Assembly (NCBI GenBank): GCA_041665145.1
Contig: JBAYJK010000001.1
Coordinates: 293,629-357,628 of the forward strand
Length of the DNA: 64,000 nucleotides
Direction: 5' to 3'
From: Patescibacteria group bacterium
GTDB taxonomy: Bacteria > Patescibacteriota > Microgenomatia > UBA1406
Part shown: positions 55,822 through 63,563 of the stretch, piece by piece
Layout: each line of letters starts with the position of its first letter
Position numbering within the stretch: position 1 is the first letter of the stretch
Notes under the pieces: generated by a model
What the model saw: the letters and a program-made list of their open reading frames with translations, nothing else
Databases searched by the model: none
Told to the model about the DNA's origin: nothing
Made by a program: the position numbers and the translations under genes

Positions 55822-57087
55822 ATGGTATACTACCCCATGTCGACCGAAGGGCAAAACAGCGGTTTTCCGTACTACCCACACAACCTGCGTATATCGAGTG
55901 CGCGCGGGCTCGAATATGCGGTTACCGTTATGACCAGGGAACTTCCTCGTGATCTTATTGACCATGTCGAGGTAAATCAGGCAGCCCACGACAGACTTTC
56001 CCCGGATCAAAAAGAGTATACAACTGTAGATTGGCTGGTGAGTCATGCGTGGCTCAGCACCGAACGGGGTGACAGGGAGGGCAAAAACGTACTTACTCCC
56101 TACGGGTTCGGGCGTGTAATCCCGGTAGAATACGGGTCGTATATGGCTAACGGATTGCACTATGGGGTAATAACACAAAAGGGCGGTCTGGTTGCCGGGG
56201 CCGCATACCTTGCCTCCCGCTATTTAGATACCAACGACACCACATATCCGTATGGATTATTCTCAAAAGGAAACGCGGATGTAGAAACAGGAACGAGCAA
56301 TTGTGCCCTGAATTATGGGTTGCGCAGTTCATTGGTATTGGGGACAATCATTCTTAAAACTCAAGCGTTGGAAAAGTGGATTAAAACCGCATGGGATGTT
56401 GACCCATTGTCACAGGACACGCTGGTGAGAATTTTGAGACATTTCAATTCGAACAAAGAAGTTCCATCAATTATATTCCGCATGAATAGTCAACTTGCCC
56501 GTATTACCGATTCAAATATTGATAGCGGCCTCAGTTTGGGTCACGTTCCTGAGTTTTATAACCATAGACGTAATGCAAAGCTGGCAAACCAACGGATCGG
56601 TTTTATATGTTGGGTGCACGAATTAATGGCGCAGAACAATTATGATCCTCGGCTTGTTGCAGCACTTAATAAACTTGCATATAGTCCCCTCGGAACTGCA
56701 ACGGAAGAAGACTTTAAACTCTTTCTGACGTTTTACACGCAACTGATTACAACGGAAAAAGAGAAGTTGGCTAAACTGTTTGCAGAACGATCTGGCGAAC
56801 CACAATGCGTGCGGATTTTAAATCTTAACATGCGTGACAAAGATACCGAACCATCCTATATACGTACTGATTATGAAGCTGATCCGGGCGATTCGGATTA
56901 TCCAAAATCGGTATATTTTGGCGACATGACCTCCAAACGGTACCTCAGTAATTTGCATCACGTTGTGGCGTGTCATTGGAGCACATTGAAACATTTCTTT
57001 AGTCATTTAGATCGTGCAAACATGAGAATATTTAACTTCCTTGAAGCGCACGATATTCATATCAATGAAATATTTCTTCATAATTAA
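55822..57087 (+). CDS. hypothetical protein
   Basis: Long ORF with no family recognised. The ORF-track start 55756 is repeat-encoded (MSFVDLNFEF). The start is probably ATG 55822 or 55837, and TGGTATACT lies 5 nt before 55837. Confidence 0.35.
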   Translation: MVYYPMSTEGQNSGFPYYPHNLRISSARGLEYAVTVMTRELPRDLIDHVEVNQAAHDRLSPDQKEYTTVDWLVSHAWLSTERGDREGKNVLTPYGFGRVIPVEYGSYMANGLHYGVITQKGGLVAGAAYLASRYLDTNDTTYPYGLFSKGNADVETGTSNCALNYGLRSSLVLGTIILKTQALEKWIKTAWDVDPLSQDTLVRILRHFNSNKEVPSIIFRMNSQLARITDSNIDSGLSLGHVPEFYNHRRNAKLANQRIGFICWVHELMAQNNYDPRLVAALNKLAYSPLGTATEEDFKLFLTFYTQLITTEKEKLAKLFAERSGEPQCVRILNLNMRDKDTEPSYIRTDYEADPGDSDYPKSVYFGDMTSKRYLSNLHHVVACHWSTLKHFFSHLDRANMRIFNFLEAHDIHINEIFLHN

Positions 57088-57090
57088 CCC

Positions 57091-57993
57091 ATGACATATA
57101 TTGAATTTCAACCACCACAACTACCTGTTCCGGACTATCCGAAAAGCCCTCAACCATGGTCTCAATTTGATTCGGCGCGACCTGTCGAATGGATTCCGAC
57201 GATGATTCCCGCCGATAAGCTTACGGATATGGTGCGAATGGTAAACAAAGGAGTATGGATTGCCCGCCGCACAGATCCGCAAACCGCTGTGCTTGTACCG
57301 GCACCTGCTTTTAATGAAACCTGGAGTATTGCAAACGGGGGAGGCGTGACTGAAGTATGGTTACGGACAGCAGATGTCATGCCGCATGCTACGGTACCAT
57401 ATGACGCGTGGAATGTCCAAGATTACAAATTGACTGTTTATCCACAGTTTAGTGAACAGGCAGTTAGTACGGTTCACACTCTCGCTCATACGCTGGGACG
57501 GGATCCGGAACGATATCGTCAGGGTGATGCGATGCATAACCGCACGCTTGCATTTTTGAATACACCGTTTCAAGCAGTTGTCACTCCGCACGTACTGGTA
57601 GTAGGAAATATGAATAAAGCTCTTTTTACTATTACCGATCGAGGCGTATTTTATCGGGAATCAACGGGATTGGCACAGATACGGAAGCCGTATGAGGAAT
57701 ACTATCAATTGCCGGGAGTTCGTTATATCCCGCCCAGTAACGGGGAATTCGGTGAGTTCAGAATACATCTTGCGACTTTGTCGGTGCCCAATGATATTTT
57801 TGGAGAAAAAAGAGGTTCTATGCCGACCGTATTCGAAAAATATTTGACGGTTCGGTTTTGCAGCACATCGCCCAACGATATTGGTTCATCAGTACCATGT
57901 ACATTGGGAGAACCACACCGGAGATCGTTCGATTCACAATCGGTCCGTGATAGAATCGTAAATGTTTCGATAGATCTAGAAATGAAAAACTAG
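57091..57993 (+). CDS. hypothetical protein
   Basis: 300-aa ORF starting 3 nt after the upstream stop. No family recognised. Confidence 0.35.
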   Translation: MTYIEFQPPQLPVPDYPKSPQPWSQFDSARPVEWIPTMIPADKLTDMVRMVNKGVWIARRTDPQTAVLVPAPAFNETWSIANGGGVTEVWLRTADVMPHATVPYDAWNVQDYKLTVYPQFSEQAVSTVHTLAHTLGRDPERYRQGDAMHNRTLAFLNTPFQAVVTPHVLVVGNMNKALFTITDRGVFYRESTGLAQIRKPYEEYYQLPGVRYIPPSNGEFGEFRIHLATLSVPNDIFGEKRGSMPTVFEKYLTVRFCSTSPNDIGSSVPCTLGEPHRRSFDSQSVRDRIVNVSIDLEMKN

Positions 57994-58005
57994 TAATTTA
58001 TAATT

Positions 58006-58770
58006 ATGGCCATGAATCTCGAACAAACAGCCACACTGAGAGAATTAGAACGTTCCCTGTCGCAACGTGCCGAACTTGCACATCGCGAACCATGTGAGCT
58101 TCTGGAGTTTTGGCGGAGATTCTATGAGTTACTTGCCCGACAAATAGCATATAGAGAACGTGCTGAACCGGAGTTTTGCGACGTACCTGAACTTCCGTGG
58201 TCTACGGACGCGGTTCGTGAACTCGTGCATGACGGATGGTATGTGGTGTATATGCCCCCGGAGTTTTCCGAAGAAGCTCATCGCCCGCTCCTTATGTCAG
58301 TACTTCCTATGGTAGTGCAGAGGCCGGAGTTTAGTCCACTGGATTTGACTGATCCGCATATGCCGGTGGAACGCGAGTCTGCAGTTACGGAGGGGTGGGT
58401 TGCTGTTCGCCCGGAAACACCGCAAACCCTTATGTGTTCCTCGACCTTTCCGTGCGTTATTAAAGCACTTGAATCACGCGTCTTGCATCCGGCGACACTC
58501 AATATGGGGATAGTTACTGCTGTTTTACATGATGCTATCATGCGAACAAAACCAAGACCCCTGATGCGCCCAAGTTTTTTGTGTATGGGAACAAGCGGAG
58601 GAGTTAAACCTACAACAGCACATCTTGACAGGCACACGTATCATGGAATTCGGTATCTCTTAGATATTCAACCCCAACCGTTCGGTAAAAAAAGCGTCTT
58701 GACTATCGCGGAAGAACCCGGTCCGGAGATTCCCGGAATGTGCGGGGTTTTGGCGGTAAGACGATTATAG
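58006..58770 (+). CDS. hypothetical protein
   Basis: 254-aa ORF with no family recognised. Confidence 0.35.
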   Translation: MAMNLEQTATLRELERSLSQRAELAHREPCELLEFWRRFYELLARQIAYRERAEPEFCDVPELPWSTDAVRELVHDGWYVVYMPPEFSEEAHRPLLMSVLPMVVQRPEFSPLDLTDPHMPVERESAVTEGWVAVRPETPQTLMCSSTFPCVIKALESRVLHPATLNMGIVTAVLHDAIMRTKPRPLMRPSFLCMGTSGGVKPTTAHLDRHTYHGIRYLLDIQPQPFGKKSVLTIAEEPGPEIPGMCGVLAVRRL

Positions 58771-58807
58771 TTAATGGTTAATAGTTTAGAGTTTATAGTT
58801 AATAGTT
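58766..58807. repeat. heptanucleotide-periodic array (6 units)
   Basis: TATAGTT AATGGTT AATAGTT TAGAGTT TATAGTT AATAGTT. It overlaps the stop of the upstream gene and lies upstream of the third four-helix-bundle gene. Confidence 0.8.
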
Positions 58808-58863
58808 GGGAATGTGGTATATAAACCGTTGTTTTGTCACGAACTAAGTAATACGATGGACCC

Positions 58864-59241
58864 GTGATCAATAGTTTCACTGATTTAAGCTCATGGCAAA
58901 TTTCTCATCAACTCGTCATTGAGGTTTATCAAGTGACTAAATTATTTCCTACTACTGAAACGTACTCTCTCACAGATCAGATGAGAAGGGCAGCGGTATC
59001 GATAACAAGTAATATTGCTGAGGGTTTCGGCAGAAAAGCTGTTAAAGAGAAAATCCAGTTCTACCACTTATCACTTGGATCAACTACCGAGTTACATAAT
59101 CAATGCATGTTGGCAAGAGATCTGGGATACGTAAATACTGATTACTATGAAAAAATCGAACAAAGAATAATTGTAGTTTACAAGCTTATTTGGGCTTCGA
59201 TCCGCTCATTCAAACAATTTTCAAATCACTCTAAACTATAA
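58864..59241 (+). CDS. four-helix-bundle protein (23S rRNA intervening-sequence protein family), divergent third copy
   Basis: GTG start. FTDLSSWQISHQLVIEVYQVTKLFPTTETYSLTDQMRRAAVSITSNIAEGFGRKAVKEKIQFYHLSLGSTTELHNQ is a textbook pattern for this family. Confidence 0.85.
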   Translation: MINSFTDLSSWQISHQLVIEVYQVTKLFPTTETYSLTDQMRRAAVSITSNIAEGFGRKAVKEKIQFYHLSLGSTTELHNQCMLARDLGYVNTDYYEKIEQRIIVVYKLIWASIRSFKQFSNHSKL

Positions 59242-59257
59242 ACCATCAACCCTAAAC
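59230..59257. repeat. heptanucleotide-periodic array (4 units), inverted relative to 58766..58807
   Basis: TCTAAAC TATAAAC CATCAAC CCTAAAC. The reverse complement reads GTTTAGG GTTGATG GTTTATA GTTTAGA, the same GTTNNNN phase as the upstream array. It overlaps the 3' end of the gene. Confidence 0.7.
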
Positions 59258-59421
59258 TAATATCCCAACACCATCACGTGTTCATAATACCTTCCGAAAT
59301 AAAACGCAAGAATCGGCACTACTACGAAGATTGCCATTGCAAGTGCTTTGGAGAACGGTGTAACAGTCGTTGCCCACTTCGGCAATGAGGATTTGGTTTG
59401 TTTTACTTTTTTAACAGACAT
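59257..59421 (-). CDS. small membrane protein (tentative)
   Basis: The ORF is trimmed to MSVKKVKQTKSSLPKWATTVTPFSKALAMAIFVVVPILAFYFGRYYEHVMVLGY. The ORF-track extension MNFEF... is repeat-encoded. Confidence 0.3.
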   Translation of the reverse strand: MSVKKVKQTKSSLPKWATTVTPFSKALAMAIFVVVPILAFYFGRYYEHVMVLGY

Positions 59422-59460
59422 ATGTATTGAAAAACTAATAATGCCTGTATTCAATATAAC

Positions 59461-59744
59461 AAATTCAAAATTCAAATGACAACCCTCAAGTGAAATTCAA
59501 AATTCGAATCTACAACCCTCAATTCAAATTCAAAGCTCAAACATCATTCCCGCACAAGTGATGTCATTCCCGCGTAGGCGGGAATCCAGGAACTTTGTAT
59601 CTGGATCCCCGGTATTTGTATTCCGGGGATGACAAACATATCTAGATTGCCGCGCTTCATCCCGCTGAGCGGGACTTCGCTCGCAATGACGCCTTTTGAA
59701 TTTTGAATTTGATTTGTCATTTGTCTATTTGAATTTTGAGTTTT
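59461..59744. repeat. composite repeat: AT-rich hairpin element (copy J) with nested GC-rich elements (59541..59693)
   Basis: The arms are AAATTCAAAATTCAAATGACAACCCTCAAG... and ...TTTTGAATTTTGAATTTGATTTGTCATTTGTCTATTTGAATTTTGAGTTTT. The centre holds a triple-hairpin copy at 59563..59633 plus a second GC-rich palindrome (TTGCCGCGCTTCATCCCGCTGAGCGGGACTTCGCTCGCAATGAC). Confidence 0.8.
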
Positions 59745-59767
59745 ACCTGTCCTGGTATAATACCCAC

Positions 59768-61018
59768 ATGCGCAAAACCGTCGTGATTTTTTTTCTCTGT
59801 ATCGTTCTTGCTGTTTCCTATGTGGTCACTCACGTGTTTCGTGCCTACAGTGTCGAGGGGGGAAAAACCCGACTGTTCCCCATACAATCCATAGATACTA
59901 TGAAATATTCGCGGGATATTGCGCGGGAGAAATTACATGATGCCTCGTTCGACAAACATATAGATACACAAGTTAAAAACATCGCCGCAACCGGGGCAAC
60001 GCACATTGCTATCGCAACTCCATATGACGAAGAGTTTATTCCGTTTTTGACCCGTTGGGTCAGGGCTGCGAGGAAATACAACCTGAATGTATGGTTCAGG
60101 GGTAATTTTTCCGGATGGGAAGAATGGTTTGATTACCCGGAAATCACGAAAGATGAACATATCCGAAAAACAAAAGCATTCATCGCACGGCACGCAGATA
60201 TGTTTGTTGACAACGACTTATTCAGCGCGTGTCCCGAATGCGAAAATGGGGCGCTTGGTGATCCGCGACAGACAGGGCGGCTTGCAGAGTATCGGCAATT
60301 TCTGATTGATGAGTACCAGGTAACAACCGAGGCGTTCAACCGGATCGGGAAGCGCGTGCAATCAAACATCCTGTCAATGAACGGCGATGTTGCCCGACTG
60401 GTTATGGATAGGGAAACGACCCGCGAACTCGGAGGAATGGTGACGATCGACCATTATGTCGAAACACCGGAACAATTGGTGGGGGACGCGGAGCGAATTG
60501 CAGGTAACAGCGGAGGACTGGTAATGCTCGGCGAATTCGGGACACCGATTCCCGATATCCATGGTGAGTTGACTGAAGATCAACAGGCGATGTGGGTGGG
60601 AGCGGGACTGTATGGATTGGCAAAATCCAAAAGCATTGCCGGAGTTAATTATTGGACCAACAAAGGGAGCAGTACGGCGCTGTGGAATGACGACGATACC
60701 CCGCGCGCGGTTGTTTCGACCATCACCGATTTTTACAAACCGCTTGTTATCCGGGGAACGGTGCGTGACGAACTCGGTTTCTTGCTTTCGGATGTAACGG
60801 TGACCTCCCCATTTGAAACAGTACATACGAAGACCGGGGCGTACAGAGTTTTCTTTATCACCGGCGATCACATAGAATTCCAGAAGCCGGGATACATAAA
60901 CGTAAGCGAATCTCTGCGGCGTACGGATGTGCGTGACTTGGTATTGGATGTAACGATGCAGCCCACTAACCCCTCATTACTCTATAAGATATTATTGCCG
61001 ATATTACGTAGAAAGTAG
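59768..61018 (+). CDS. membrane-anchored TIM-barrel glycosidase-like protein with a C-terminal carboxypeptidase-regulatory-like domain (tentative)
   Basis: The start is trimmed to ATG 59768 (MRKTVVIFFLCIVLAVSYVV), with TGGTATAAT 6 nt upstream. CPECENG and MLGEFG are possible clan-A catalytic Glu blocks. The C-terminus is IRGTVRDELGFLLSDVTVTS...TGAYRVF. Confidence 0.4.
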   Translation: MRKTVVIFFLCIVLAVSYVVTHVFRAYSVEGGKTRLFPIQSIDTMKYSRDIAREKLHDASFDKHIDTQVKNIAATGATHIAIATPYDEEFIPFLTRWVRAARKYNLNVWFRGNFSGWEEWFDYPEITKDEHIRKTKAFIARHADMFVDNDLFSACPECENGALGDPRQTGRLAEYRQFLIDEYQVTTEAFNRIGKRVQSNILSMNGDVARLVMDRETTRELGGMVTIDHYVETPEQLVGDAERIAGNSGGLVMLGEFGTPIPDIHGELTEDQQAMWVGAGLYGLAKSKSIAGVNYWTNKGSSTALWNDDDTPRAVVSTITDFYKPLVIRGTVRDELGFLLSDVTVTSPFETVHTKTGAYRVFFITGDHIEFQKPGYINVSESLRRTDVRDLVLDVTMQPTNPSLLYKILLPILRRK

Positions 61019-61657
61019 TTTTTCAAATTTCGAGAGATCAGCAATGGTATAGAGATTTTCCTTTTTGATGAGATATTTTTGGTCAATGAGCTTTTGCAGT
61101 TCCCTGCTTACCGTTTCTCGGGTGACTCCCGCGAAACTACCGACCTCTTTGTGAGTGAGGGGCATGGTAATTTCTACGCTCATGCCTGTTCTTTTTCCGA
61201 ACCGTCTGGAAAAAACCAGAAAAACAACAACAACTTTACATCGTGCGCAGGTAGACATAATGTTTTCGAGCATGCTGCTCATCGTTTCCAAACCGCGGGA
61301 AAGACGGGTTGTAAGATCGAAAAGTACTTCCGGATTGTTGTGTAAAAAGGTAATAACCGCTTCTTTCGGCGCGCGTCGGGTAACGACCCGGGAAGTGGCC
61401 TCAAAAAAATAGTGGTTCGGGAGGTGTCCATTCAGTACATAGACGGTGGGTATATATGTCCCGGCTTTAAACAGCATGATTGCTTTTTCTTCGCCGTCGG
61501 CGGACAGAGAGTATTGTCGGATATATCCCGACTCTATATAGTAAATGTGTTGCAGCGGATTTTCATCTGCCCGAATTATTACGTCGCCTTTTTCAAACGT
61601 CCGTGAGTCAAATTGGCTGAAAAAAGCTTTCAACTTATTTTCAACTGAAGAATTCAT
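61004..61657 (-). CDS. Crp/Fnr-family transcriptional regulator (second copy)
   Basis: cNMP-binding-like N-domain and the HTH LTHKEVGSFAGVTRETVSRELQKLIDQKYL. Confidence 0.8.
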   Translation of the reverse strand: MNSSVENKLKAFFSQFDSRTFEKGDVIIRADENPLQHIYYIESGYIRQYSLSADGEEKAIMLFKAGTYIPTVYVLNGHLPNHYFFEATSRVVTRRAPKEAVITFLHNNPEVLFDLTTRLSRGLETMSSMLENIMSTCARCKVVVVFLVFSRRFGKRTGMSVEITMPLTHKEVGSFAGVTRETVSRELQKLIDQKYLIKKENLYTIADLSKFEKLLST

Positions 61658-61700
61658 TTGTGTAGTATAGCAAAAATAGTATAAGAGATCACAAGGGTAA

Positions 61701-61791
61701 ATTTCTAATTTCTAGTTTCTAGTTTCTATTAAACTATCCACTCTCAACTATCGACTATAAACTATTAACTCTTAACTATAAACTCTAATCT
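61701..61791. repeat. heptanucleotide-periodic array, 13 consecutive units
   Basis: ATTTCTA ATTTCTA GTTTCTA GTTTCTA TTAAACT ATCCACT CTCAACT ATCGACT ATAAACT ATTAACT CTTAACT ATAAACT CTAATCT. Confidence 0.85.
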
Positions 61792-61797
61792 TTAGCA

Positions 61798-61825
61798 TTG
61801 ACAAAAAAAGCACGTTTGTTATCAT
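61798..61825 (+). promoter_or_regulatory. sigma70-type promoter TTGACA-N16-TATCAT
   Basis: TTGACA at 61798-61803 and TATCAT at 61820-61825. ATG 61833 follows after 7 nt. Confidence 0.5.
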
Positions 61826-61832
61826 GAAGTCC

Positions 61833-62642
61833 ATGAAAAAAATAACGGCAAAAAACCAAACCCCTGTTACAAAATCCGTACCAGCTCCCGTTGCATCACA
61901 ACCCATGATGGATCCGATGCAGCAGATAGTCGCGATGCAGAAAATGATGCAGAAAATGTTTCTCATCGTTATTGTGCTTGTCGTAGCGGTTGGAGGTTTA
62001 TTGGTGAAAGACTTGGTGTTGAATAAAAATGCAGCGCCTGCAGCAAATACCGCGCCGACAGCAGGTGAACCGACTGACCCGTTTGCCTTAATCACGAAGT
62101 ATCCGACCATACAAAAAGATGATTATGTCCAGGGAGACAAAAACAGTAAATACCAGATGATTACGTACTCGGATTTGCAATGTCCGTTCTGTCATCGGTT
62201 CCATCCGACAACCCTTCAATTTCTTGAAAATCATAAGGATGTAGCGTTTGCGTACCGTCACTATCCGCTGACACAGATTCATCCGCAAGCCGTTCCGGCA
62301 GCAATAGCTTCGGAATGTGTGGCAAAACTGGGAGGTACGGATGCCTTTTTCAAGTTTATCGACAAGGTGAATACTGCCCCCGAAGATGCAGAAGGAGGAC
62401 TTGATGTAACCAAACTTGCAGGCTATGCGGTAGAATCCGGAGTCGACGAGTTTGCGTTCACCGCTTGTAATGATGCCCAGGACCAATCCCGCGTGGATGC
62501 GCAGCAAAAAACAGGAAATGAATTCGGAGTTTCGGGAACACCTTCATCATTCTTGGTTAATGTCAAAGACAAGAAGGCGGTCATGATCCCCGGAGCGTAT
62601 CCGATCGAACAGGTCGAACAGGCGTTTGAGAAGATCAAGTAA
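61833..62642 (+). CDS. DsbA-like thiol:disulfide oxidoreductase, membrane-anchored
   Basis: TM anchor FLIVIVLVVAVGGLLV and the thioredoxin-fold CxxC motif SDLQCPFCHRF. The ORF-track start 61824 lies inside the -10 box, so ATG 61833 is preferred. Confidence 0.7.
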   Translation: MKKITAKNQTPVTKSVPAPVASQPMMDPMQQIVAMQKMMQKMFLIVIVLVVAVGGLLVKDLVLNKNAAPAANTAPTAGEPTDPFALITKYPTIQKDDYVQGDKNSKYQMITYSDLQCPFCHRFHPTTLQFLENHKDVAFAYRHYPLTQIHPQAVPAAIASECVAKLGGTDAFFKFIDKVNTAPEDAEGGLDVTKLAGYAVESGVDEFAFTACNDAQDQSRVDAQQKTGNEFGVSGTPSSFLVNVKDKKAVMIPGAYPIEQVEQAFEKIK

Positions 62643-62655
62643 CGTTTGGGTTTGT

Positions 62656-62788
62656 AAATTCAAAGCACAAATAGACAAATTTACAAATCAAGCTTAAAAT
62701 TCAAAGGCTGAAACTTCAGGAATATTATGTTTGGTAACATTTGATTTTTGAATTTGATTTGTCATTTGTGGATTTGAATTTTGAATTT
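62656..62788. repeat. AT-rich inverted-repeat hairpin element, gene-less form (copy K, most divergent left arm)
   Basis: AAATTCAAAGCACAAATAGACAAATTTACAAATCAAGC...TTGATTTTTGAATTTGATTTGTCATTTGTGGATTTGAATTTTGAATTTT. Confidence 0.75.
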
Positions 62789-62805
62789 TCTGCTAAGATA
62801 ATTCT

Positions 62806-63240
62806 ATGACCCAGAATTTTACTGCGTTACCCGATGAAATGGTGAAAAAGCCTGCTCCGGTTGCAGGTGTCCCGCACAAGGAAGCAGAACCCTTGCGGAT
62901 TGATACAGGAATCCGGAGTGAAATTTCGGAAGACGTTGTTGAAGAGCAGGTTGAAGCACAACCGACGGCTGACGTTGCTCAGCACGTTACGGTTGTCCCT
63001 GAAAAAGTTGCATTGACGAAAGAACAGGAAGACTTGGGAGTTCAGGCTGCCGAAACGAGTATTTTTGTTCAGGGCAAGAAAATTGATGTCCATATACCGG
63101 CCGAAGAAGTCGAAGCGGGATTACAAAAACCCATGACGTCCGGTTGGCGATGGATGGCTGAACTTATCAAATATATTTTGCACAAGTTCCATATGTCCGT
63201 CAAAAAAGTATCAGGCGTTTTCCAATACGTAAAAGAATGA
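62806..63240 (+). CDS. hypothetical acidic protein
   Basis: 144-aa ORF with no family recognised. TAAGAT lies 6 nt upstream of the ATG. Confidence 0.3.
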   Translation: MTQNFTALPDEMVKKPAPVAGVPHKEAEPLRIDTGIRSEISEDVVEEQVEAQPTADVAQHVTVVPEKVALTKEQEDLGVQAAETSIFVQGKKIDVHIPAEEVEAGLQKPMTSGWRWMAELIKYILHKFHMSVKKVSGVFQYVKE

Positions 63241-63548
63241 GATTTTCAATAGACAGAGTTGTTCGGCTCATGCTCGGTTTATTGTTGACCGCAACGGTTT
63301 TGGGGGTTTTCTTTTTTGTCAGTCCCGACTCGCGTTCAATAATCTGGGTATTTATATTTCTTGTCGGTTGTGCGTTACTGTTTCTGTTATGGGTTTTTAT
63401 CCCGTTTCGCTTTGCCGCCTACGTTTCTTTTTTTTCGGCGTATGTACTTTTTTTGGTTGCAGAACACGTCATGCGTGCCGACCTCATTATCTACGCATTG
63501 ATTATCGTAGTTTTTACCGAACTGTTCGTTGGGCGTCGGATCCTATGA
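63237..63548 (+). CDS. small polytopic membrane protein
   Basis: 103 aa with three hydrophobic helices. The start overlaps the upstream stop as ATGA. Confidence 0.35.
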   Translation: MRFSIDRVVRLMLGLLLTATVLGVFFFVSPDSRSIIWVFIFLVGCALLFLLWVFIPFRFAAYVSFFSAYVLFLVAEHVMRADLIIYALIIVVFTELFVGRRIL

Positions 63549-63563
63549 TACAATAGACGCAGT

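Noticed and set aside
38918-59257. Four-helix-bundle genes as Avd-like components of a diversity-generating retroelement
   Set aside because: Avd proteins share this fold family. However, the window contains no reverse transcriptase ORF and no template/variable repeat pair with adenine-specific differences.
50151-61018. ORF-track N-terminal extensions beginning MSFEF, MNFEF or MSFVDLNFEF (ORFs 50151..50888, 50990..51529, 55756..57087, 59257..59475, 59696..61018)
   Set aside because: These residues are translations of the TTGAATTTTGAATTT repeat arm from TTG codons. In each case a downstream ATG is preceded by a -10 box or gives a sensible N-terminus (TM anchor, GT2 start), so the shorter form was annotated.
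61658-61700. A second CRP-type operator upstream of the second Crp-family gene
   Set aside because: Only TGTGT and TCACA half-sites are present and they are 25 nt apart, not the N6 spacing. It was not called.
35602-62788. Possibility that the recurring AT-rich repeats form a CRISPR array
   Set aside because: Copies are 0.1-11 kb apart and separated by full-length genes. Each copy is itself a long imperfect palindrome of 105-285 bp. There are no uniform short spacers and no cas genes in the window.
59401-63215. Similarity between the start of the small ORF at 59421 (CATATGTCTGTTAAAAAAGTA, MSVKKV) and an internal site of the 62806 ORF (CATATGTCCGTCAAAAAAGTA, HMSVKKV)
   Set aside because: The match is about 19 of 21 nt but short and A-rich, with no extension on either side. 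This is insufficient to claim a repeat or an internal start.
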